From contig CADBSR010000045.1 of the NCBI GenBank assembly GCA_902797385.1, forward strand, positions 1-40,522: DNA of 40,522 bases, in the 5' to 3' direction. This document shows, in pieces, positions 1 through 8,218 of the stretch. The translations under genes and the position numbers were made by a program. Position 1 is the first letter of the stretch; each line of letters begins with the position of its first letter. Under the pieces are notes generated by a model. That model was not told where the DNA came from. It searched no databases and was given only the letters and a program-made list of their open reading frames with translations. Origin of the DNA: an uncultured Lachnospiraceae bacterium (lineage in GTDB: Bacteria > Bacillota > Clostridia > Lachnospirales > Lachnospiraceae).

Positions 1-1
1 C

Positions 2-676
<675 letters not shown>

Positions 677-687
677 TTTCTATGAAA

Positions 688-729
688 GAGAGGCAAGCAT
701 GATCGGCAGAACATGCTTGCCTCTCTTTT
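688..729 (+). terminator. rho-independent terminator of the PFOR gene
   Basis: A perfect 14-bp stem pairs GAGAGGCAAGCATG (688-701) with CATGCTTGCCTCTC (712-725). It has a 10-nt loop and is followed by TTTT. Confidence 0.8.
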
Positions 730-736
730 CTAAAAG

Positions 737-766
737 TTGACGTATCATATTTGATATTCAAATAAT
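737..766 (+). promoter_or_regulatory. candidate sigma-A promoter with no downstream CDS (orphan unit)
   Basis: TTGACG (737-742), an 18-nt spacer, then AATAAT (761-766). About 100 nt downstream lies a plus-oriented terminator (844-877). Confidence 0.25.
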
Positions 767-843
767 ACCGCATTCAGCGGACTCGCAACAGCATCTGTTA
801 TCATATGTTTCGTTTCTTTTCCGCGATAACGGTTTTTCGTCAG

Positions 844-877
844 TTCCCTGTTCGGGTCTTGAACAGGGGATTTTTTT
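844..877 (+). terminator. stem-loop with T7 run (plus-oriented; overlaps the stop of the minus-strand glycerate kinase gene)
   Basis: TTCCCTGTTC (844-853) pairs with GAACAGGGGA (861-870), including one G-U pair. The loop is 7 nt and is followed by TTTTTTT (871-877). Confidence 0.6.
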
Positions 878-2108
878 ATCGGATCAGTGCCATGCTGACA
901 TCGTTGACGTTTGTCCCGGTCGGTCCGGTTATGATGAGGCCACCGATTCTCTGAAGGGCATGGTAGGCGTCGTTGTCCTGCAGGACAGCATCCACACTAA
1001 GTCCCTGGGCAGCTAGTTCGCTCATCGTATCAACGTCCACGTACCCGCCGGCCGCATCGGTGGGACCGTCCGTCCCGTCGCTGCCAACGGAAAAGACTGC
1101 CGCATTCTTTAAGCCGCTGATTCCAGCGGCAGCTGCCAGGGCCAGCTCCTGATTCCGTCCGCCCTTGCCGTGGCCGGTGAGTTTCACCACGGTTTCACCG
1201 CCGGCAATAAAGGCCAGGGCTTTTCCGTCCCCCGCGTGCGTTTTTAAGATCGAAGCCAGGAAGCTCCCGGCTTCCTTTGCCTGGCAGCAGAGCTGATCGG
1301 TCAGGAGGATCGGTTCATAGCCCAGTTCCGTGCAGACCTTGGCCGCGGCCGAGCAGAGCTCGCGGACACTGCCGTTGACCTGGGTGTGCACATTGTCAAG
1401 TACCTTCGGCGTTTCACGGCTTAAAAGCCCGGCCGCCGTTTCGGAGAGCTTCAGTTTGTACTTGCGGGCAATGCGCTGCGCATCCGCACTGGTGGAGGAA
1501 TCCGGGCAGGTAGGCCCGGAGGCGATCATATCCAGCGGATCGCCCAGAATATCAGACAATATTACGGCCTCGACCCGGGCCGGGGCACAAAGAAGAGCAA
1601 AACGCCCGCCCTTCACCTGAGAGAGACGCTTGCGAATGGTGTTGATCTCCACAATATCCGCCCCGCTGGCTAAAAGCTGGTTCGTGATATCCCGGAGCTC
1701 TTCGCCGGAAATAAAGGGCTTTTCAAAGAGCGCGCTGCCGCCGCCGGAGAGCAGAAAGAGGACGGTATCCTCCGGCTTCAAGCCTGTCACCAGATCCAGC
1801 GCGGCCTGCGTTCCTTTAAAGGAGTTTTCATCCGGGATGGGGTGGCCGGCTTCATAGCAGTCAAAATTCGCGATGGGTCCCATGACGTGATCGTACTTGG
1901 TTACGACCACGCCTTTTTCGATTCGGCCGCCCAGTACCTCGGAGGCGGCCTTCGCCATCTGCCACGCGGCTTTTCCGGCCGCCACCAGCAGGACGCGCCC
2001 GGGGAAATCCAGGCCTTTAAGCGCCCGCCTGACTGCCGCGTCCGGCAAAACGGCAGCGATGGCTTCCTGCACAATGACGTCTGCGTGTGAGCGTAACAAC
2101 TGATTCAT
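876..2108 (-). CDS. glycerate 2-kinase (DUF4147/MOFRL family; hydroxypyruvate reductase-like TtuD)
   Basis: Motifs GHPIPDENS, LLSGGGSALF, GGETVV...GKGGRNQE and GSDGTDGPTDAAGG are present. I moved the start to ATG 2108 (MNQLLRSH...), which has a purine-rich SD-like tract GGGAAGGAAGAAGG just upstream. The N-terminal extension of the longest ORF (to 2297) looks non-coding. Confidence 0.85.
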   Translation of the reverse strand: MNQLLRSHADVIVQEAIAAVLPDAAVRRALKGLDFPGRVLLVAAGKAAWQMAKAASEVLGGRIEKGVVVTKYDHVMGPIANFDCYEAGHPIPDENSFKGTQAALDLVTGLKPEDTVLFLLSGGGSALFEKPFISGEELRDITNQLLASGADIVEINTIRKRLSQVKGGRFALLCAPARVEAVILSDILGDPLDMIASGPTCPDSSTSADAQRIARKYKLKLSETAAGLLSRETPKVLDNVHTQVNGSVRELCSAAAKVCTELGYEPILLTDQLCCQAKEAGSFLASILKTHAGDGKALAFIAGGETVVKLTGHGKGGRNQELALAAAAGISGLKNAAVFSVGSDGTDGPTDAAGGYVDVDTMSELAAQGLSVDAVLQDNDAYHALQRIGGLIITGPTGTNVNDVSMALIR

Positions 2109-2190
2109 GGTCCTTCTTCCTTCCCTGACGATGCGCCTGAAAGTCGTTTTATGCAGCGAATTCTCTGCGGTGTTTCGATGATTTTGATTC

Positions 2191-2219
2191 ATTTTCCCAC
2201 GAGGCAGGATCAATGTCAA
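2191..2219 (-). promoter_or_regulatory. candidate promoter for the glycerate kinase gene
   Basis: On the minus strand: TTGACA (rc of 2214-2219), a 17-nt spacer, then GAAAAT (rc of 2191-2196). Confidence 0.4.
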
Positions 2220-2322
2220 GCGATAGAAGAGGCTTTGACTGAAAAACTGACAAAACAGACAGCTTTTGAACAGGAAGCGGTCAAGCAGAGCGGTCAAGAG
2301 ATAGAAGAAAAAATCCGTAAAT

Positions 2323-2351
2323 TTGCAATATGCCAGTGAATATGCTACTAT
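2323..2351 (+). promoter_or_regulatory. candidate promoter for the MATE gene
   Basis: TTGCAA (2323-2328), a 17-nt spacer, then TACTAT (2346-2351). It lies about 75 nt upstream of ATG 2426. Confidence 0.35.
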
Positions 2352-2425
2352 AAAACCGGACAGATGCGGAGGGTTCCTTCCGACTTTATGTATTTCGTAC
2401 CCTTTTTGCAGCGAGTTTATTCATT

Positions 2426-3763
2426 ATGCAGACTTCACAGTATCTGATGACCGAGGGATCGGTCCGGAAAAAGATCATTACCTTTGCCATACCGGTTTTT
2501 ATCGGGCAGCTTTTTCAGCAGATGTACAATACCGCCGACTCTCTGATCGTCGGGAAATTGATCGGCAAGACAGCGCTGGCCGCGGTTACGTCCGTGGGCT
2601 CGTTGGTCTTTCTGATCGTCGGCTTTTTCATGGGCTTTTCCATGGGTGCCGGCGTGGTCATTGCCCGGGATATCGGGGCAGAGGACCATGACGCGGTCTC
2701 AAAATCGGTCCATACCACGGTTGCCATGGGATTGGCAGCGAGTCTGATCATGACCCTGTGCGGGGTATTCGGGACGCCTGTTATTCTGAGGTGGATGGAT
2801 ACGCCGGCGGACGTCTTTCCGGAGGCGGAGCTGTATCTTAAGGTTTACTTCCTGGGCAGCGTCGGTCTCGTGTTTTACAATCTTCTGGTCGGCGTGCTGC
2901 AGGCCAGCGGCGACTCCCGCCATCCCCTTTACTATCTGATTTTCTGCGCCATTTTGAATATTATTCTGGACTATTCGTTCATCCGCTTTTTCGGGATGGG
3001 CGTGGAAGGGGCGGCGCTGGCCACCATCATCGGTCAGTTGATCAGCGCGCTGCTCGTGCTGCGGCGTCTGCTTCGGACGGAGGAGTCGATCCGCATTGAG
3101 CCGAAAAAGATCCGTTTTCACGGGGAAAAACTGCGTCAGATCGTGCATATCGGTCTGCCTTCCGCCCTGCAGGCCTGCGTGATCGACCTGGCCAATATGA
3201 TGATCCAGGCCTATATCAATTCCTTCGATTCCAGCGCGATGGCCGGCATCGGTGCCAGCTCGAAGCTGGAGGGCTTTATCTTCCTGCCTGTCAATGCGTT
3301 TTCCATGGCGCTCTCGACCTTTGTGGCGCAGAACCTCGGGGCCGGGAAAAAGGACCGTATGCGGGAGGGGATCCGCTTCGGTCTTGTGAGTGCGGTCGTG
3401 GTGGTCTTTGCGGTCAGTGTCATGAATTATATTTTCAGCCCGACTCTGGTCGGCTTCTTCAATTCCGAACCGGACGTTATTGCCTATGGAACGCTGCGCA
3501 GCCGCATCTGCAGCTTCTTCTTCTGTCTGTGCGGCTTCTCTCATGTGGCGAGCGCCGTGATGCGCGGCCTGGGGAGGCCCATCGTGCCTACCATCGTGAT
3601 GCTGACCTGCTGGTGCGCGGTCCGCGTCGTTACCCTTATGACGATCGGACGGATCTATCACGAGATCCTGCTGGTCATCTGGATCTATCCCATTACCTGG
3701 GCCTTGAGCAGCATTGTCTATGTGTTTTATCTGAGGCATTTGAGAAAACTTCAGATCTACTGA
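2426..3763 (+). CDS. MATE family efflux transporter
   Basis: 445 aa and hydrophobic throughout (about 12 TM helices). The N-terminus ...ITFAIPVFIGQLFQQMYNTADSLIVGK... is the typical MATE signature. Confidence 0.9.
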   Translation: MQTSQYLMTEGSVRKKIITFAIPVFIGQLFQQMYNTADSLIVGKLIGKTALAAVTSVGSLVFLIVGFFMGFSMGAGVVIARDIGAEDHDAVSKSVHTTVAMGLAASLIMTLCGVFGTPVILRWMDTPADVFPEAELYLKVYFLGSVGLVFYNLLVGVLQASGDSRHPLYYLIFCAILNIILDYSFIRFFGMGVEGAALATIIGQLISALLVLRRLLRTEESIRIEPKKIRFHGEKLRQIVHIGLPSALQACVIDLANMMIQAYINSFDSSAMAGIGASSKLEGFIFLPVNAFSMALSTFVAQNLGAGKKDRMREGIRFGLVSAVVVVFAVSVMNYIFSPTLVGFFNSEPDVIAYGTLRSRICSFFFCLCGFSHVASAVMRGLGRPIVPTIVMLTCWCAVRVVTLMTIGRIYHEILLVIWIYPITWALSSIVYVFYLRHLRKLQIY

Positions 3764-3785
3764 AAAACGGAGGTGGCTGAATAAA

Positions 3786-6700
3786 ATGGAAAGTGTCTGG
3801 AAAAAACTGGGGAGGTTTCTTGTATGCTATGCCGTAATCCCTGGTGTGGCATCGATTGCCGGAGCGCTTTGCTGGATCCTGATTCAGAACCTGATTCCCG
3901 CCATCAGGAGAGCTGATGCGATCCAGGTGGGGCTCACGGTTTTATTTACGGTGCTGCTGTACGTGCTGTTCCGTAAGAAAATGGATCTTTGCGCGATGGC
4001 GAAGATGAATGCCGGGATCCTTCTGGTACTTACGGCTGTCTACACCGGTCTTATGATCGCCGTATCCGGAAGCATCGAAGGGAGTGTGTTTCCGTCGGCG
4101 GATTGGCTGATTGCCCCTTTTGCTGGGATTCTTGTTCCGCTCCGCCTGATGGGCCGCAGTGTTCTTCTGTATCTGTCTGTATTTCTGACCTATCTTGCAG
4201 CGTGGCTCAGCTGTCTTGTTTTAGGGGGCGTGAAACCCAAGGTCGGCCCCGCTCTGGCCGTCGGAAGTTTTCTGCTGCTTTGCCTGGTGACTGATCTCGT
4301 CCTTTATACAAACCGGCCGGCTGTGCGCTACGGCGGACACGGCTTTCAGTATATGCACGGCTACTCCAGCACGGATTTTTCCGACTATATGGTTTACAGT
4401 GAACCATCCAAACTGGTCACACTGGATCATGCGCCGTCTTTGGTGATTGAAAACGAAGCGGATATGCCGATCCTGAACGGGGCGGAGGCCTGCTATCCGG
4501 TCTATGCAGCCGCCGCAAAGGCGGTGTACCGGGATATTGCAGCGATTGAAAAAAATGCGCTGGACCTGGAGGAGTATAAATACCAGAACGGGAGGATCGT
4601 GAAGTTTACCAATACCGTGGAAGGCTTTGAGAGTCTGATCCGCGGCGCAGGAACCTACAGAATTCCGAGCGGTACGGATATGCTCTTCGGTGCCAGACCC
4701 TCCCGGGATCAGCTGAAGCGTGCAAAAAGTGAAAATATAGCGCTGAAAATTACGCCCATTGGGCGGGAGGCCTTTGTCTTTTTCGTAGAGAAGGATAATC
4801 CTGTAGATGGTTTGACAAGTGAGCAGGTAAAGGCGATCTATCACGGCGATATTACCAACTGGAAAGAGGTCGGCGGCAAGGATCAGCCGATCGCCGCGTT
4901 CCAGCGGCCGGTAAATTCAGGCTCGCAGACCATGATGGAATATTTTATGGGGGATCTTGCCTTAAAGGAACCGAAAACCTATGAAATGGTTGATGCCATG
5001 GCCGGCGTGATCAAACAGGTGGCACAGTATGCGAATGAAGACGGCGCGTTGGGCTATACCTTCCGTTATTTCCTGGAGGGACTGCAGCAGGAGGAGGGCG
5101 TGAAGATGCTGACGATCGACGGCGTATCACCGACGCTGGACAATATAGAAAACGGCAGCTATCCGCTGACAACGGATCTCTGCCTGATCACAAGAGAAAA
5201 CGATCCGAACCCGAACGTGCAGAAAATGATCGATTTTATGCTTTCCGAAGACGGTCAATATATCGTTCATCAGACTGGTTACGGACGTTTGCCCCGGGAA
5301 GAAGGAACGGACCCGGAGGCGAGGTACACGCCGGATCAGCTGAAAAGCATGAATCAGCAGGAAGCCCTGGCCTTTTTAAAACAGCTGGGGATCGAAAAAC
5401 CGGAAGAAGCTGCCGGAGACAGCCAATGGGATGAGATTGTCTATCAGATCTTTCAGGAAAGTCTGGATCCGAGCAGAAAATTCGGGACGTATATGTTATA
5501 CAGCTCCATGATCGTATTTACCGGTGATGAGATCTGGTCGAAGGTCCGCCACTATGTAGGCTGGGACAGCGCTTCCGAATTCCTGAAGGCCCGCTGGGAT
5601 ACGCTGGGACTGGCGGAAGGGGAAACGCCCGGGATGCTGCAGGAGATGCTGGCGCAGGAAAATGCTGTGGTAGTCCGGGACGGAGAGATCCTGTCCGGCG
5701 ATGCTGTCTGGTCCCAGTTTTGCCAGCTGACGCAGAGGGGAGCCGAGGATGAGCTGCTTTTGATGAAGATCTTTACGCTGACCGGTCAGCGGCTGACCCC
5801 GGAGCTTTTTGAAGAAGAAGACCCGGAATACCCGCAGGCCTATCTGTACCGGATCCGCTTTGACGGGGAACGCTATACGGTTACAGTCCGAAAGAGCGAT
5901 GCGAAGGAGCCGGAGGAAGATGGAGAACAGTCGTTTCATTTCCTGTACCGCCTGGAGGGAGAAGAGCCTAAGGCAAGTCATAAACGGTATGTGCGTTACG
6001 TGCTGACAGACAAAGAGAATGTAAGCTGGGAGGAACTCGCGCACGGCATGTTCAGCTCGCAGCACGATGATTATATTCCGTTCCTGCGGATCTTGTATTC
6101 TTCTTATGATGATCTGGAATGGCTGGAGGCAACCTACCCGAATCTTTCTTATCCGGCTTCGGAGGAGCTGCCATACTGGAGAACTTTAAGTGCTTTAGAA
6201 AGAGCCGGCTGGCAGTATAAAGCGGCGGATCTGGAAACGGCAGACCGTCAGATGGTCTTTCGCGGCACCGCGCCGGATGTGCGCTCGCTTCTGGGGCTGG
6301 GTGATGAGCAGCGGATCTTCTGGCAGGTTCCCCTTCCGTACATTCTGGAAGATTTTGCCGTGTTTCCTGACGGGATCCTGACATGCGGCCCTGTCAGCGA
6401 TCCGTCTGAATCTGCCGAGACTGGCAAAGTGTATCTGGAACGCTACAGTGCCGGAGGAGAGCGGATCTGGAGCAGGGAATTGTCTGCCGCGCCTATGGAC
6501 TTGATCTGCGCTGCGGAAAACGGCGGACGGACGCTGGCAGCTTTTCAGTTTTATGACAGGGAAAAGCAGGCGCAGTACCTCCGGATTCTGCATATCAATG
6601 AGGCAGGAGAGCTGATTAAGGAAACCAAAATGCTCCTGCCCTCCGGCTATGTGGCTGACGGTGTTTTTGACGGCGAAAAGCTTTTGCTTTGTATCACGCA

Positions 6701-7271
6701 GCCTTCCGGCAGGAAAGCATCACTCCTTCTGCTGGGGATCGATTCTGAAGGCGAGATAACAGGCCAGATTGTGATGGACGATCCTGAAGGAAGACAGTGG
6801 GAGAAACCGTATCTTTTCATTTGGAATGGGAGATTGCTCCTTTCCGCATCAAGGCGAAGCTTTCATCAGAGCTTTGCGGCAGATACCGCGGAAGGCCGCG
6901 CGCTTAAGGCGCAGTGGGAGGATATCACGAAGACTTACGGGACTCATATTCCGGGAGACGTGATGACCGAATTTGAGAAAAAAACCGTCCATGGGATTCT
7001 TATGGAAGCCAAATTGCCGGCGGAAGGTCTGCCGCCTGCGGAGAGCTTTACGACAGTTCTTGTCCGCCCGGGCTGTATGGGCGGTCCGCTTTCCGTAAAC
7101 GAAAATGCCGAGCTTTGCTGGGACGTTGAGGAACCGAAAAACCTGCTTTACTCTTCGAAAACGAGCGCATACAACGTTTTCGGCAGCTGCCGCGTCTTGC
7201 GGTACATCTTTTTCGGCTTAAGACTCGAAGCCGTGATGCTGACCAGTCAAAGCGCTGCTTACAGACGGTAA
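3786..7271 (+). CDS. large membrane-anchored protein: about 6 N-terminal TM helices, a PstS-like (PBP type-2) substrate-binding domain, and an about 600-aa C-terminal region of unknown function
   Basis: 1161 aa, with GGAGGTGG upstream of the ATG. Residues about 230-500 (...ITPIGREAFVFFVEKDNPVDGLTSEQVKAIYHGDITNWKEVGG...FQRPVNSGSQTMMEYF...GALGYTFRYF...IDGV.PT..NIENGSYPL) resemble phosphate-binding PstS-family periplasmic binding proteins. I could not place the C-terminal half. Confidence 0.75.
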   Translation: MESVWKKLGRFLVCYAVIPGVASIAGALCWILIQNLIPAIRRADAIQVGLTVLFTVLLYVLFRKKMDLCAMAKMNAGILLVLTAVYTGLMIAVSGSIEGSVFPSADWLIAPFAGILVPLRLMGRSVLLYLSVFLTYLAAWLSCLVLGGVKPKVGPALAVGSFLLLCLVTDLVLYTNRPAVRYGGHGFQYMHGYSSTDFSDYMVYSEPSKLVTLDHAPSLVIENEADMPILNGAEACYPVYAAAAKAVYRDIAAIEKNALDLEEYKYQNGRIVKFTNTVEGFESLIRGAGTYRIPSGTDMLFGARPSRDQLKRAKSENIALKITPIGREAFVFFVEKDNPVDGLTSEQVKAIYHGDITNWKEVGGKDQPIAAFQRPVNSGSQTMMEYFMGDLALKEPKTYEMVDAMAGVIKQVAQYANEDGALGYTFRYFLEGLQQEEGVKMLTIDGVSPTLDNIENGSYPLTTDLCLITRENDPNPNVQKMIDFMLSEDGQYIVHQTGYGRLPREEGTDPEARYTPDQLKSMNQQEALAFLKQLGIEKPEEAAGDSQWDEIVYQIFQESLDPSRKFGTYMLYSSMIVFTGDEIWSKVRHYVGWDSASEFLKARWDTLGLAEGETPGMLQEMLAQENAVVVRDGEILSGDAVWSQFCQLTQRGAEDELLLMKIFTLTGQRLTPELFEEEDPEYPQAYLYRIRFDGERYTVTVRKSDAKEPEEDGEQSFHFLYRLEGEEPKASHKRYVRYVLTDKENVSWEELAHGMFSSQHDDYIPFLRILYSSYDDLEWLEATYPNLSYPASEELPYWRTLSALERAGWQYKAADLETADRQMVFRGTAPDVRSLLGLGDEQRIFWQVPLPYILEDFAVFPDGILTCGPVSDPSESAETGKVYLERYSAGGERIWSRELSAAPMDLICAAENGGRTLAAFQFYDREKQAQYLRILHINEAGELIKETKMLLPSGYVADGVFDGEKLLLCITQPSGRKASLLLLGIDSEGEITGQIVMDDPEGRQWEKPYLFIWNGRLLLSASRRSFHQSFAADTAEGRALKAQWEDITKTYGTHIPGDVMTEFEKKTVHGILMEAKLPAEGLPPAESFTTVLVRPGCMGGPLSVNENAELCWDVEEPKNLLYSSKTSAYNVFGSCRVLRYIFFGLRLEAVMLTSQSAAYRR

Positions 7272-7306
7272 ATACAAGAAGAGCGATAAAGCGGAAATCG
7301 CAAAAG

Positions 7307-7483
7307 AAAGACAGGGGACGGTTCTCTGTCTTTGAACTGTCCCCTGTTTTTTGTTGCGCTTTTTTGTTGTGGGAGGTATCAAGAAAAAGAAAAGACAGAG
7401 AACCGTCCCCTGTCTTTGGGGTCAAGACAGAGAACCGTCCCCTGTCTTTGATGCCAAGACAGAGAACCGTCCCCTGTCTTTTT
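7307..7483. repeat. cluster of about 26-27-nt hairpin-forming repeats (one inverted copy, one partial copy, three tandem copies with a 32-bp period)
   Basis: The unit is AAAGACAGAGAACCGTCCCCTGTCTTT, with 8-bp arms AAAGACAG/CTGTCTTT. Tandem copies are at 7391-7417, 7424-7449 and 7456-7483, separated by 6-nt spacers. An exact reverse-complement copy is at 7307-7333, and a partial copy with 1 mismatch is at 7334-7347. Confidence 0.85.
7311..7353 (+). terminator. rho-independent terminator of the 1161-aa protein gene (built from repeat copies)
   Basis: ACAGGGGAC (7311-7319) pairs with GTCCCCTGT (7339-7347), with an inner GTTC/GAAC extension. It is followed by TTTTTT (7348-7353). Confidence 0.6.
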
Positions 7484-7492
7484 GTCTTTTGG

Positions 7493-8197
7493 CTAGGCTT
7501 TGCAGGTGCCGCCGGCGGCCTGGATGGCGGCCAGGGCCAGAAGACGCGTCGGATCCGCGAAGCAAAAGCGCGGGTCATCCTCATGAAAGACGAGCGGCAG
7601 CTCGGTGCAGGCGAGCAGGAAGACTTCGGCTCCCTGGTTTTTTAATGCCTCCAGTTCCGGCCAAAGCACTTCGGGATGAGCCGGCTTCCCGGCTTTGACT
7701 TCGTCGTAGATCAGATGCATCAGCTTTTTGATCCCTTCCGGGGAAGGGGTCAGCAGGCGGATGCCTCTTTCGGCAAAGAAGCGATCGTAGATCCGGCTGC
7801 GGATGGTTCCTTCCGTTGCCAGCAGAGCGGCGCAGCGAAGTCCTTTTTCGGCACAGTATTCGGCCGTGATTTCCGGCATGTTGAGAACCGGAAGATGTGT
7901 GTGTTGGCAGAGCGGCTCATAGAAATAGTGAGCGGTATTGCAGGGCATGATCAGGAGATCGGCCCCCTGCGCCTCCAGCCTCCGGGCGGCCTCCGCCATG
8001 GGCTTTAAGGGCGCATCGCTGCCGATCAGGATATTCGCGGTCCGGTCCGGAATATCCGTATTGTTGTCGATTAAAACGTGCAGGTGCTCCTGATCCGAGG
8101 CAGCCTGCGTATTTTCAATGATTTTCATGAACAGATCAGCGGTGGCCATGGGCCCCATCCCGCCGATGATACCGATCACTTTTCTCCCGTTGATCAT
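7493..8197 (-). CDS. aspartate/amino-acid racemase (Asp/Glu/hydantoin racemase family)
   Basis: 234 aa. It has GIIGGMGP and the two catalytic-Cys motifs MPCNTAH and LLACTELP. GAAAGGAAAA lies upstream of the ATG. The start is 21 nt downstream of the ABC permease stop on the same strand. Confidence 0.85.
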   Translation of the reverse strand: MINGRKVIGIIGGMGPMATADLFMKIIENTQAASDQEHLHVLIDNNTDIPDRTANILIGSDAPLKPMAEAARRLEAQGADLLIMPCNTAHYFYEPLCQHTHLPVLNMPEITAEYCAEKGLRCAALLATEGTIRSRIYDRFFAERGIRLLTPSPEGIKKLMHLIYDEVKAGKPAHPEVLWPELEALKNQGAEVFLLACTELPLVFHEDDPRFCFADPTRLLALAAIQAAGGTCKA

Positions 8198-8218
8198 ACT
8201 GTTTTCCTTTCGTTTGGT

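Noticed and set aside
2109-2297. N-terminal extension of the glycerate kinase ORF (start at 2297). The same issue applies to the longest-ORF starts at 13626, 15011, 17855, 19277, 20007 and 30336.
   Set aside because: The extensions lack homology-like sequence and overlap upstream genes or promoters. Internal starts with good SD sites reproduce canonical N-termini (MNQLL..., MKVAVIGGG..., MEKTMDKIV..., signal peptides).
2276-2298. Direct repeat AGCGGTCAAG x2 (13-nt period) upstream of the MATE promoter.
   Set aside because: It could be a regulator site, but it is a short single duplication with non-helical spacing and no adjacent regulator gene. That is too weak to call.
2699-3739. Long antisense ORF (346 aa) opposite the MATE gene. 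Similar shadow ORFs occur at 11770-12579 (plus), 16253-17260 (minus), 23064-23939 (minus), 26010-26909 (minus), 28223-29629 (minus) and 31645-32508 (minus).
   Set aside because: In each case the opposite strand encodes a protein with clear family motifs. The shadow translations are Arg/Pro/His/Gly-rich, which is typical of antisense frames in GC-rich coding DNA.
7391-7483. Possible CRISPR array (three identical direct repeats).
   Set aside because: The spacers are only 6 nt and the repeats are 26-27 nt with a 32-bp period. There are only three copies plus an inverted one, and there are no cas genes. This fits REP-like or terminator hairpins better.
7048-7698. Track ORFs crossing the repeat array (7048-7584 minus, 7351-7698 plus, 7364-7645 plus).
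   Set aside because: They are read-through of hairpin repeats and of the antisense strand of the racemase gene. They have no SD and low-complexity translations (REPSPV/RTVPCL motifs generated by the repeat).
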